From Verrucomicrobiota bacterium (lineage in GTDB: Bacteria > Verrucomicrobiota > Verrucomicrobiia > Verrucomicrobiales > DEV007): DNA of 64,000 nt. Below are positions 11,101 to 19,002 of this stretch, piece by piece (positions within the stretch are counted from its first letter, which is position 1; each line of letters opens with the position of its first letter). Location: NCBI GenBank assembly GCA_045046875.1, contig JASFYY010000049.1, positions 1 through 64,000 on the forward strand, given 5' to 3'. The translations under genes and the position numbers were made by a program. Under the pieces are notes generated by a model. That model had not been told where the DNA came from. It was given only the letters and a program-made list of their open reading frames with translations, and did not search any database.

Positions 11101-11910
11101 GGTGAGTCCCTCCTGCCCTTGCTCGATTTCGGTCTCGAGGGTTGTTTGCGCTTCGCGCAGCGAGCGGATGGAGTTGTCGAGTTCGGAACGCTCGGCCTGG
11201 TGCTCACGCCAGGTGCGGTGACTGTAATGCAGGTCGAGCACCTTGAGGTCGGTGTGCAGGGTTTTGAAGCGGCGGGCTTTGCCGGCCTGACGTTGCAGCG
11301 AGCGCATTTGGCGTTCGACCTCGCCGATGATGTCGGCGAGACGAACCAGATTGGCTTCGGTGTAGTCGAGTTTGCGCAGCGCTTCTTTTTTCTGTGCTTT
11401 GAATTTGGTGATGCCTGCGGCTTCTTCAAAAACCGCCCGGCGGTCTTCGGGTTTGGAACTCAGCAGCATGTCGATTTTGCCCTGCTCCATGATCGAGTAG
11501 GAGGTGCGGCCGATACCGGTGTCCATCAGCAACTCGCTGATGTCTTTCAGACGACAGGGGCGTTTGTTGAGCAGGTATTCGCTTTTGCCATCGCGGAAAA
11601 CGCGGCGGCCGATCGAAACTTCGTCGAAGCCGGTGGATAACTGCTTTTCGCATCCTGAGAGGGTGAGGAAAACCTCAGCCATGCCGACCGGCTGGCGTTT
11701 TTCGGTGCCATTAAAGATAACGTCCGCCATCTCTCCGCCGCGCAGGGCTTTGGCCGAAGTCTCACCTAACACCCAGCGGATCGCATCAACGATGTTCGAT
11801 TTGCCACAGCCGTTGGGTCCGACGATGCCGGTCACCCCTTCGTGGAATTCGAGTTTGGTTTTGTCGGCAAAGGATTTGAAGCCGTGAATGTCGAGAGATT
11901 TGAGGATCAT
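8119..11910 (-). CDS. smc: Chromosome segregation protein SMC
   Basis: GFKSF, Walker A GPNGCGKSN, long coiled coils around a hinge, signature LLSGGE, Walker B LDELDAPLD. Confidence 0.97.
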   Translation of the reverse strand: MILKSLDIHGFKSFADKTKLEFHEGVTGIVGPNGCGKSNIVDAIRWVLGETSAKALRGGEMADVIFNGTEKRQPVGMAEVFLTLSGCEKQLSTGFDEVSIGRRVFRDGKSEYLLNKRPCRLKDISELLMDTGIGRTSYSIMEQGKIDMLLSSKPEDRRAVFEEAAGITKFKAQKKEALRKLDYTEANLVRLADIIGEVERQMRSLQRQAGKARRFKTLHTDLKVLDLHYSHRTWREHQAERSELDNSIRSLREAQTTLETEIEQGQEGLTSARDEYQSIESKIGETQRSVAEQENAVHSAQSRIEFNAERAKELSTLIEQNTADIENTTDKLSQQELDLEDTNSMLEAIDEKIAKQELQLTEYQQTANQARTERHTLSETLSKTRDTRNSLESKLASLEARIENNTRHLAADQQRFIQLDEEIQRLQKEEQSKSAEIETLTSGVTEHKNAIEELDQQRQSADRDYQKSRSELEELRQQLADLHRVHSEKVSRLEVLRQLVAEGEGLAKGTQAVLKGLDQPELFQSSVRGALASFFEVDSEYIPALEAALGNHLQTIIVADTLVAESMIESLKKGQLGQASLVAENASSSADDRQILSLPDGATAWALDRIKCDGKISGLVDRLLSDVLIVPDLATALRLRDEMGENTSFATLTGEFITCEGIITGGSGSEEGSSLLRRETDIRELSTVTKQLEKELTNAEAQVSTLTQNVSNLEISVQSAREKLQQKQVQFSTLEGQLTMMQREQQQVENKLQALKWEQTEVAQRQDEIDEELQNSTKEKEDTAEKLANFATELDDLKNRLQLAETRETDAAESLNEVRTGLAVEKRAREAVENQRSPMTSRLNELRELLDRRKNEISGYSNRIKTATSDNDGLQDKIKNATEEAQRLTVSLETIRNDRSEKRAAIDKNEETLTEKRKQAHQMNEQRSKEEISSTQIDLRIENLEQTTRERYQIEIEHFEPDSHALLNAIEDQRKAMNRNAKRSTAAAGETDGENNDENEVIADTEVEIDVDIDADIDTDSVEVPDASEPDWDFVEEVVIFLRGKLESIGPVNLDAIDEFDELQERHNFLQEQHDDLINAKEELLTVIAKINRDTKKMFADTFEQIRKNFGEMFIELFGKTAKADLILADEGDPLESGIDIIAKPPGKKLQTISLLSGGERSMTAVALLFAIYMVKPSPFCVLDELDAPLDESNISRFLKVLDRFIGSSQFIIVTHSKRTMSRADVMYGVSMEEFGVSKTLGMQFKSSKEKEQKDRTKEEATV

Positions 11911-12022
11911 AGTGATTTAAAAGGCAGTTTGGAGAGTGGCAGCAAGCTTTAAAACGCGATTATCGGAGAGTTTTTAAACTATCACAAGCGATAATCCATC
12001 GCACTGCTGAGACTCGTCGGTG

Positions 12023-12051
12023 AGAATGGCCACAAGATGTAGTGGTGTCAA
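12023..12051 (-). promoter_or_regulatory. Predicted sigma70 promoter of smc (-35 TTGACA at 12051-12046, 17-bp spacer, -10 CATTCT at 12028-12023)
   Basis: Perfect -35 hexamer with canonical spacing, about 110 bp upstream of the smc ATG. Confidence 0.65.
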
Positions 12052-12077
12052 TATTAAAATGCCACAAGATGTAGTTT
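12030..12077. promoter_or_regulatory. Tandem NrdR-box-like operators (CCACAAGATGTAGTGG 12030-12045; CCACAAGATGTAGTTT 12062-12077)
   Basis: Exact 15-bp direct repeat GCCACAAGATGTAGT at 12029 and 12061 (32-bp period); each copy resembles the NrdR consensus acaCwAtATaTwGtg. Confidence 0.75.
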
Positions 12078-12193
12078 TTTGGCGGTTTTTCATCAAGCTT
12101 GCCTTCATCCCTACTTGCCAAAACAAATAGAATCCGCCAAGGTCTGGACGGGGGCTGAATTTAGGTCGAGTGGAGTTTTAACTGTAGAATTTT

Positions 12194-13282
12194 ATGGCTG
12201 AAAAAATTGTGATTGCTTGTGGCGGAACCGGGGGGCATTTGTTTCCTGGCATTGCGGTGGCGGAGGTCTGTCAGCGACGTGGGCATGAGATTCTGTTGTT
12301 GATTTCGGAGAAGAAGATCGACTCGCTGGCGGTGGAGGGGTACGAGCATCTGAATTTTGAGCGGGTGCGTTCGGTGCCGATGCCGAAGCTGTTGTCTCTG
12401 GCAATGGTGCCTTTTGCTTTCCGCTCTTTGGCGGGTTTGTGGCGATGTCGGGGGATTTTGAAAAGATTCGATGCAAGCGTGGTGATGGGGATGGGTGGTT
12501 TCACTTCGACGATTCCGTTGATGGCGGGCCGGCTGCGTTCTTGCCGGACTTTGGTGCATGAGTCGAATGCGATTCCGGGTCGGGCTAATCGGCTCAATGC
12601 TAAGTTCAGCGATTTGGTGTTGCTGGGTTTAGAAGCTTGCGCGGATCATTTTGATGAGGGCAAAACCCAAGTGGTGGGCACGCCTTTACGTCCTGAGTTG
12701 CACCAGCATCCGCAGCGAGCCCAGGCGCGCCAGCATTTTGCTTTGGAGAAGGATAAAAAAACGGTGCTGGTGATGGGCGGCAGTCAGGGCGCGCGCGGGA
12801 TCAATATGATGGTCAGTCAGGCTTTGCCGCAGTATGTCAAGGCAGGGGTGCAGTTGCTGCATATTGCAGGGGTGGACGATGTGGAGATGGTGGAGGAGGC
12901 GTATGCTGAGGTGGATGGAGCGGGTTGTGTGGTGAAGTTTTGTTCTGAGATGGGCTTGGCGTATGCGGCGGCGGATGTGGCGCTGTGCCGTTCGGGGGCA
13001 TCGAGTTTGGCGGAGTTGGCGGCGTTTGGGCTACCTTCGGTGTTGATTCCCTATCCTTATGCGGCGGAGGATCATCAGACGAAAAATGCGCAGATTTATG
13101 AAAGAGGGGGTGCGGCTTTGTTGTATCAACAGGGGGATCTGGATGCGGGGAAACTGGCGCAGGTGCTGATAGATTTGCTTGATGATGACGAAAGGCTTGC
13201 GAAGATGGCAGATAAGATGAATAGCTTTGCGATGATGGATGCTGCAGAGAGGGTGGCTGATGCGGTGGAAGGGGGAGATTGA
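12194..13282 (+). CDS. murG: Undecaprenyl-PP-MurNAc-pentapeptide N-acetylglucosaminyltransferase
   Basis: GGTGGHLFP, HESNAIPG, GGSQGA, RSGASSLAE, DHQTKNA. Confidence 0.96.
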   Translation: MAEKIVIACGGTGGHLFPGIAVAEVCQRRGHEILLLISEKKIDSLAVEGYEHLNFERVRSVPMPKLLSLAMVPFAFRSLAGLWRCRGILKRFDASVVMGMGGFTSTIPLMAGRLRSCRTLVHESNAIPGRANRLNAKFSDLVLLGLEACADHFDEGKTQVVGTPLRPELHQHPQRAQARQHFALEKDKKTVLVMGGSQGARGINMMVSQALPQYVKAGVQLLHIAGVDDVEMVEEAYAEVDGAGCVVKFCSEMGLAYAAADVALCRSGASSLAELAAFGLPSVLIPYPYAAEDHQTKNAQIYERGGAALLYQQGDLDAGKLAQVLIDLLDDDERLAKMADKMNSFAMMDAAERVADAVEGGD

Positions 13283-13314
13283 AAATTTAGTTGGAAGGGT
13301 TATTTAATTTGAAG

Positions 13315-15615
13315 ATGGATTGGTCAGAGGCATTTGCGCAGGGGAAGGATGAGCCTTTGAGGGTTCATTTGATTGGGGTGGCGGGTTCGGGTATGAGCGG
13401 GCTGGCTTCTTTGTTCATGGCTTTGGGGCATCGGGTGAGTGGCTCGGACCGGGTGTCGTCGGTGGAGACGCAGCGTTTGCAGGGGGCGGGTTTGATTTTT
13501 TCCTGTCCACATACGGAGGAGGTGATCGAGGGGGTGGATGTGGTGGTGCGTTCGTCGGCGATTCGGGCGGGCAATGCGGCTTATGATGCGACTTTGGCGG
13601 CGGGTCTGCCGATGTTGAAGCGGGCCGAGGCGCTGGCGGCGATCATGAATGGGAGCAAGGGCATTGTGGTGGCGGGGACTCATGGCAAGACGACGACTTC
13701 GGCGATGTTGTCGCACCTTTTGCGGGTGGGAGGGCTGCGGCCTTCGCATTATGTGGGGGCGGAGATTCCGATTTTGGGAACCAATGCGTATTGGGAGCCG
13801 GAGAGTGAGTGGTTTGTGGCGGAGGGGGATGAGAGTGATGGTACGTTGGTGAATTTTTTCCCAGCCTGCTCGATTTTGCTCAATGTGGAGGAGGAGCATT
13901 TGGATTTTTATGATGGCATTGAGGCCATATTGGCGGTTTTTAGGCAGTTGCTGGATCAGACTTCGCAGTGTGTGGTGTACTGTGCGGAGGATGCGCATGC
14001 GACGGCTTTGTGTGAGGGGCGTGAGCGGGTGGTGAGTTATGGTTGGGGGAGGTCTTGTGATTATTCAGCCGAAAACCTGAGGGTCTCAGGTGGGGGGACG
14101 GCTTTTGATTGGTATCGTGGGGGGGAGTTGGTGGGGGAGCTGCGTTTGAATATTCCCGGCAAGCACAACGTTTTGAATGCCTTGGCGGCAGCGGCTCAGG
14201 CGAGTGAACTGGGGGTGTCGTTTTCGGCGGTGGCCGAGGCTTTGCAGACTTTCCAGGGAGCGCGGCGGCGTTTTGAAGTGAAACATGAATCGTCGGATTT
14301 TGTGGTGGTGGATGATTATGGCCATCATCCGACGGAGATCGCGGCGACGATTGCGGCGGCGAGGGAGCGGGTGCGTGGGCGTTTGGTGTGTGTGTTCCAG
14401 CCGCACCGTTATTCGCGTACCCAGTTGCTGCGGGATGAGTTTGGCAAGGCTTTTGATGGGGTGGATGTGCTGTGTGTGGCGGATATTTATCCTGCCAGTG
14501 AACGTCCGATCGAGGGCGTCAGTGGCGAGACGATTGTTGAGGCGGTGAGGGAGTTGGGGCAGGTGGATACGGTGATTTCCTGTCCGGATTTGAAAAATAT
14601 CCATCAGGTGGTGGGCGGGGATTTGATCGAGGGGGATTTGATTTTGAGTCTGGGGGCGGGAGATGTGCATGAAGTCACCAGCCGTTTGAGTGAGGATATT
14701 CAAATTTTGGAGACTTTGCGTGGGGTTTTGGATGAAGCGGAAGGGCGGGTGAAGCTGTATGAATCGATGAGTCGTCATACCACGATTAAAATCGGCGGGC
14801 CGGCGCAGTTCTGGGTGGAGCCGACTTCGGTGGAGGGGTTTGCTCGCATTGTGGCGTATTGTCATGAGCAGGAATTGCCGCTGACGGTGGTGGGGCGCGG
14901 ATCTAATTTATTGGTGGGTGACGGGGGGATTGTTGGGGTGGTGATGCATCCGGTGACCGGGGTGTTCGCAAAGCTCGAGGTGAAGGGGGATGAAATTCAT
15001 GCAGGGGTGGGGATTCGGCTCAAAAGGTTAACCGCGGCGGCGCAATCGGCGGGCCTGGGTGGTTTGGAGTGGATGGAGGGCATTCCGGGAAATGTGGGTG
15101 GGGCGATTCGCATGAATGCGGGAGCGATGGGGGCAGAAACTTTCGACCGGGTGGTCTGCGTGAGCTATGTGGATCAGCAGGGCGAGATACGTAAAAAGAC
15201 GGTGCAAGAGATTGAACATCAATATCGTAATGTGCCCGAGTTCTCGCAGAACTATGTGGTGTCGGTGATTTTCCGGGGCCAGCCGGAAGATACGGTATTA
15301 GTGGCTGAAAAAATCGAGCTGTCGAAGCAAAAGCGTAAGGATGGTCAACCGGTGGCGGCGAGTGCGGGCTGTATTTTTAAAAATACCGACGAGGTGCCGG
15401 CGGGCAAGCTGGTCGATGAGCTGGGTTACAAAAACCGACGAGTGGGGCAGGCCAGGGTTTCGGAGGTGCATGGCAATTTTATTGTTAATGATGGCGGTGC
15501 GAAAGCGGCGGATGTGTTGCAGTTGATCGAGCAGATTCAATTGGCGGCTAGGGAGCAGCGCGGTATTGAGTTGGAAACCGAGGTTCAGATCCTCGGCCAG
15601 CAGGAACCGGTTTGA
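13315..15615 (+). CDS. murC-murB: Fused UDP-N-acetylmuramate--L-alanine ligase (MurC) / UDP-N-acetylenolpyruvoylglucosamine reductase (MurB)
   Basis: MurC: IGVAGSGMSGLA, GTHGKTTT, EGDESDG, DDYGHHPTE, FQPHRYSR. MurB: HTTIKIGG, GRGSNLL, GIPGNVGGAIRMNAG, SAGCIFKN, HGNFIVN. One open frame; alternative TTG start at 13291. Confidence 0.95.
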   Translation: MDWSEAFAQGKDEPLRVHLIGVAGSGMSGLASLFMALGHRVSGSDRVSSVETQRLQGAGLIFSCPHTEEVIEGVDVVVRSSAIRAGNAAYDATLAAGLPMLKRAEALAAIMNGSKGIVVAGTHGKTTTSAMLSHLLRVGGLRPSHYVGAEIPILGTNAYWEPESEWFVAEGDESDGTLVNFFPACSILLNVEEEHLDFYDGIEAILAVFRQLLDQTSQCVVYCAEDAHATALCEGRERVVSYGWGRSCDYSAENLRVSGGGTAFDWYRGGELVGELRLNIPGKHNVLNALAAAAQASELGVSFSAVAEALQTFQGARRRFEVKHESSDFVVVDDYGHHPTEIAATIAAARERVRGRLVCVFQPHRYSRTQLLRDEFGKAFDGVDVLCVADIYPASERPIEGVSGETIVEAVRELGQVDTVISCPDLKNIHQVVGGDLIEGDLILSLGAGDVHEVTSRLSEDIQILETLRGVLDEAEGRVKLYESMSRHTTIKIGGPAQFWVEPTSVEGFARIVAYCHEQELPLTVVGRGSNLLVGDGGIVGVVMHPVTGVFAKLEVKGDEIHAGVGIRLKRLTAAAQSAGLGGLEWMEGIPGNVGGAIRMNAGAMGAETFDRVVCVSYVDQQGEIRKKTVQEIEHQYRNVPEFSQNYVVSVIFRGQPEDTVLVAEKIELSKQKRKDGQPVAASAGCIFKNTDEVPAGKLVDELGYKNRRVGQARVSEVHGNFIVNDGGAKAADVLQLIEQIQLAAREQRGIELETEVQILGQQEPV

Positions 15616-15622
15616 GGGAAGT

Positions 15623-15657
15623 ATTTGAGATTTTTAATTTAAGATTTGAGATTTGTG
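15623..15657 (+). repeat. Degenerate heptamer tandem repeat (ATTTGAG-like x5)
   Basis: ATTTGAG ATTTTTA ATTTAAG ATTTGAG ATTTGTG directly before the ddl ATG. Confidence 0.7.
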
Positions 15658-16581
15658 ATGAATATGAAAACGTTAAAGGTGGCGGTTCTCGGTGGTGGGC
15701 CGGGATCGGAGCGGGAGGTGTCGCTGGCTTCGGCGGCGGCGGTGGTGAAGGCGCTGGAGGGGGAGGTTGCGGAGGTGACTCTGGTAGATGTAGCGGGGCC
15801 GGATTTTGTTTTGCCGCAGGCAGTGGATATTGCCTTTAATGTGATTCACGGGACTTACGGGGAGGACGGCGACTTACAGGCTGAGCTGGAACGCCGGGGT
15901 GTGGCTTATACGGGGGCGCGGGAGTTGAGCAGTCGATTGGCTTTTGACAAGGTTAAAAGCAAACAAGTCTTTGTTGATAAAAACGTAAAAACTCCCATGG
16001 GTCGAACTTTAACAGCGTCTTGTGAAAAGCCGGAAGAGTTCCAATATCCTTGTGTGGTCAAGCCGCCGAGTGAGGGGTCAAGCGTGGGGGTGCATATCGT
16101 GCAGGGTGAGGATGAGTGGGTGGCGGCGCTGGCGGATGCGGCTAAGTATGGAGCGAGTGTTTTGCTGGAAGAGTATATTCGAGGCAAGGAGTTGACGGTA
16201 GGGGTGGTGGGTGACGAGGTTTTGCCAGTGATTCACATTGAACCTCGCTCGGGTTTTTATGATATGAAAAACAAATATCCGTGGCTGCTGGATGATGGTG
16301 GCACGGACTATCATTGCCCGGCGGATTTGCCCAAAGAGGTCACGGAAGCGGTTCAGAGCCTGGCTTTGCAGGCTCACAGGGCTTTGGGGGTGGAGGTTTA
16401 TTCACGAGTAGATTTGCTACTCGACGATAAAAACCAATCCTATGTCCTTGAGCTTAATACAATTCCGGGAATGACCGAAAGCAGCCTGTTGCCCAAGGCG
16501 GCAAAAGAGGCGGGTTACACTTTTTCAGCTATATGCTTGAAAATTATTGAGTTTTCCTTAATAATACACAAAGACGTATGA
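15658..16581 (+). CDS. ddl: D-alanine--D-alanine ligase
   Basis: GGPGSEREVSL, HGTYGEDG, VVKPPSEGSSVG, ELNTIPGMTESSLLP. Confidence 0.95.
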   Translation: MNMKTLKVAVLGGGPGSEREVSLASAAAVVKALEGEVAEVTLVDVAGPDFVLPQAVDIAFNVIHGTYGEDGDLQAELERRGVAYTGARELSSRLAFDKVKSKQVFVDKNVKTPMGRTLTASCEKPEEFQYPCVVKPPSEGSSVGVHIVQGEDEWVAALADAAKYGASVLLEEYIRGKELTVGVVGDEVLPVIHIEPRSGFYDMKNKYPWLLDDGGTDYHCPADLPKEVTEAVQSLALQAHRALGVEVYSRVDLLLDDKNQSYVLELNTIPGMTESSLLPKAAKEAGYTFSAICLKIIEFSLIIHKDV

Positions 16582-17612
16582 AATCCCAATCGTCATCACC
16601 CAAAGCTAGACGGAAAGCGGATCCGTTTGATTTGTCTCGACGGCGGGTGGTGGAATCGTTGCACGTGATGGATGTGATGGATACGAATCATCCGATTCAT
16701 CAACTGGAGGCGCGTACGGGCGACCGCAAAAAGCGCAAGTTGAGACGTTCGCGTTGGGGCTTGCGTTTTTTAAAGGTGGCAGCGGTGGTGGTGTCGTTGA
16801 TCAGTTTGACGGCTTTTGGGCAATGGGCTTACCAGCGGGCATTTTTTGAGAACCCTGATTTTTGTTTGAAGACGGTTGAGCTGGCCGTTCCTGAAGGTTT
16901 TTCTGCTACCAAGGTATTGGAGGTGGCCGGGGTAGAGCAGGGGATGAAGATGATGGGGATTGATCTGAAAGGCATGCGTGATCGTTTGAGCGAAATTCCG
17001 CTGGTTTCCAAAGTGGAGGTATCGCGTGAATTCCCTGATAAGTTGATGATTGTCATCGAGGAGGCTCGCCCGATAGCTTGGTTGGCTTGTCCGGCTCAAG
17101 GGATTGAGCCCTATAAAGAGGGAAATGGATGGTTGATTGGTGAAAAGGGAGACTTGGTCAAGTGCGAGGCGGTGACGGCCCGGTTGGCGAGTTTGCCGGT
17201 GATCCAGGTGAATGATGTGTATGTGTCCGAGCAGGGCACGATGACTGATTCGCCAATTATCAGAGCGGCGCTCGAGTTGATGGAGGTGAGTAGTTTGTTA
17301 TTGAAGGGTGAGGGCTTGGAGATAGTGGAGGTGGTGGCTACTAATTCGTATTCATTGCAGGCTCGTTATAGCAATCGCATGGAAGTGGTGTTTGGGTTGT
17401 CGGATATGCAGGAGGCCTTGATGGACTTGCGCACTATTTTGGAGCGTACCCGGGCTGATGGAAAACTGTTGGCTACGGTGAATTTGCGGGTGAGAAGAAA
17501 TATTCCGGTGACCTATTACCAGCCTCCGGTTGCCAAACCGGTAGAGTTGGAAGGGGAGAGCGAGAGTGATGGAGAGGAAAAAACGAGCAAAAAGGAAGTA
17601 AAGAGAAGTTGA
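16578..17612 (+). CDS. ftsQ: Cell division protein FtsQ/DivIB
   Basis: Basic N-terminus, one TM, POTRA-like region (VSKVEVSREFPDKLMIVIEE); lies between ddl and ftsA. Confidence 0.85.
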   Translation: MKSQSSSPKARRKADPFDLSRRRVVESLHVMDVMDTNHPIHQLEARTGDRKKRKLRRSRWGLRFLKVAAVVVSLISLTAFGQWAYQRAFFENPDFCLKTVELAVPEGFSATKVLEVAGVEQGMKMMGIDLKGMRDRLSEIPLVSKVEVSREFPDKLMIVIEEARPIAWLACPAQGIEPYKEGNGWLIGEKGDLVKCEAVTARLASLPVIQVNDVYVSEQGTMTDSPIIRAALELMEVSSLLLKGEGLEIVEVVATNSYSLQARYSNRMEVVFGLSDMQEALMDLRTILERTRADGKLLATVNLRVRRNIPVTYYQPPVAKPVELEGESESDGEEKTSKKEVKRS

Positions 17613-17674
17613 AGTATTGATACTTGCGCTGATCCGGTTATCGTCCCGTAATTAGGGTATGGCTGAGTAAGAGT

Positions 17675-18895
17675 ATGGCAAAGTCGAATATTTACGTTGG
17701 GCTCGAAATCGGGACTTCCAAGATCTGTGTGGTCGTGGGAGAAGTGCGCGGTGATGGCGCGATCAAAATTCTTGGAGTGGGGCAACACCCGTCGTCGGGG
17801 GTTCGCAAAGGAGAGATTGTCGACTTTGCCGCAGCTCAAACCTGCCTGCACGATGCTTTGGTGAATGCCGAGGATCGTAGTGACATGATGGTGGACGGGG
17901 TCTGTCTGGCAGTGACCGGATCACATATCGAGAGTCTGAGCAATTGTGGTTGTATTCGGGTGGCGGATGAGAACAGTGAGATCTCCAGTGTGGATTTGGA
18001 GGAAGTGAAAGAAATCGCGCGTGATGTTGCCATACCGGATAAAAATGCGGTGGTGCATACCATCGTGCAGCATTATTACGTGGATGATCAAGACAAGGTG
18101 CTCAATCCCGTGGGCATGCTGGGGCAAAAACTGCAAGCGGATTATCATATCATCCACGGAGTGAAAAACCGCATTCAGAATACGATTCGTTGTGTGCGTG
18201 AGATACCGATGGAGGTGGAGGATATTGTATTTTCCCCCTTGGCAGCAGCGCAGGTGGTGCTCAACCGTGAGGCCAAACAACAGGGGGCGGTGTTGATTGA
18301 CATCGGTGGTGGCACTGCGGATTATATTTTGTATCTCGACGGGGCGGTGATGGCCTCGGGAAGTCTGGGATTGGGAGGGGATCACATCACCAATGATTTG
18401 TCGGTGGTATTAAAAGTGCCGATGTCCAAAGCGGAAAAGTTGAAACTGGAGGAAGGCAGTGTCGGGCATGGATCTGCGGAAGTCGAAGGGGTGGTGGATC
18501 TGGAGGCAGGCAGTCATTATGCCGGGGGCGAGGTTGAGAAGTCTTTGGTGAATCAAGTGATCACCATGCGCTTGAAGGAAATTTTGGAACTTATTTACAA
18601 ACGACTGGGCAGCACAGGTTTTCTGCCGCGAGTGGGCAAAGGCATTTATTTGACTGGTGGCACCAGTTTGATGGATGGGATTGAAGAACTGACCGAGGAT
18701 GTTTTCGGACTTCCAGTGCAAAGAGGCAGTGCGGCGAAGATGACAGGACCGGCGGCTATTTTTGAAAATCCCCAATACGCCACGCCGGTTGGCTTGGTTC
18801 GTTATGCGCAATTATTGGATGAACAACGGCCGCATAAGGGCAAAATCAGGGCATTGGGGCATACTTTGGCAGGAATATTTGGAGGGGGGCGTTGA
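17675..18895 (+). CDS. ftsA: Cell division protein FtsA
   Basis: GLEIGTSKI, LIDIGGGT, GGDHITNDL, LTGGTS, YATPVGL, C-terminal amphipathic helix. Confidence 0.95.
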   Translation: MAKSNIYVGLEIGTSKICVVVGEVRGDGAIKILGVGQHPSSGVRKGEIVDFAAAQTCLHDALVNAEDRSDMMVDGVCLAVTGSHIESLSNCGCIRVADENSEISSVDLEEVKEIARDVAIPDKNAVVHTIVQHYYVDDQDKVLNPVGMLGQKLQADYHIIHGVKNRIQNTIRCVREIPMEVEDIVFSPLAAAQVVLNREAKQQGAVLIDIGGGTADYILYLDGAVMASGSLGLGGDHITNDLSVVLKVPMSKAEKLKLEEGSVGHGSAEVEGVVDLEAGSHYAGGEVEKSLVNQVITMRLKEILELIYKRLGSTGFLPRVGKGIYLTGGTSLMDGIEELTEDVFGLPVQRGSAAKMTGPAAIFENPQYATPVGLVRYAQLLDEQRPHKGKIRALGHTLAGIFGGGR

Positions 18896-19002
18896 ATAAG
18901 TCATTTGGGGAATTTTTTCTAATTGTGTAAAAAGGATAAAAAAGATTTGATCTATGGGCCAAGGCTCTGTTTGATTTGTGACGCAGAAAGGTAAAACGAT
19001 TT

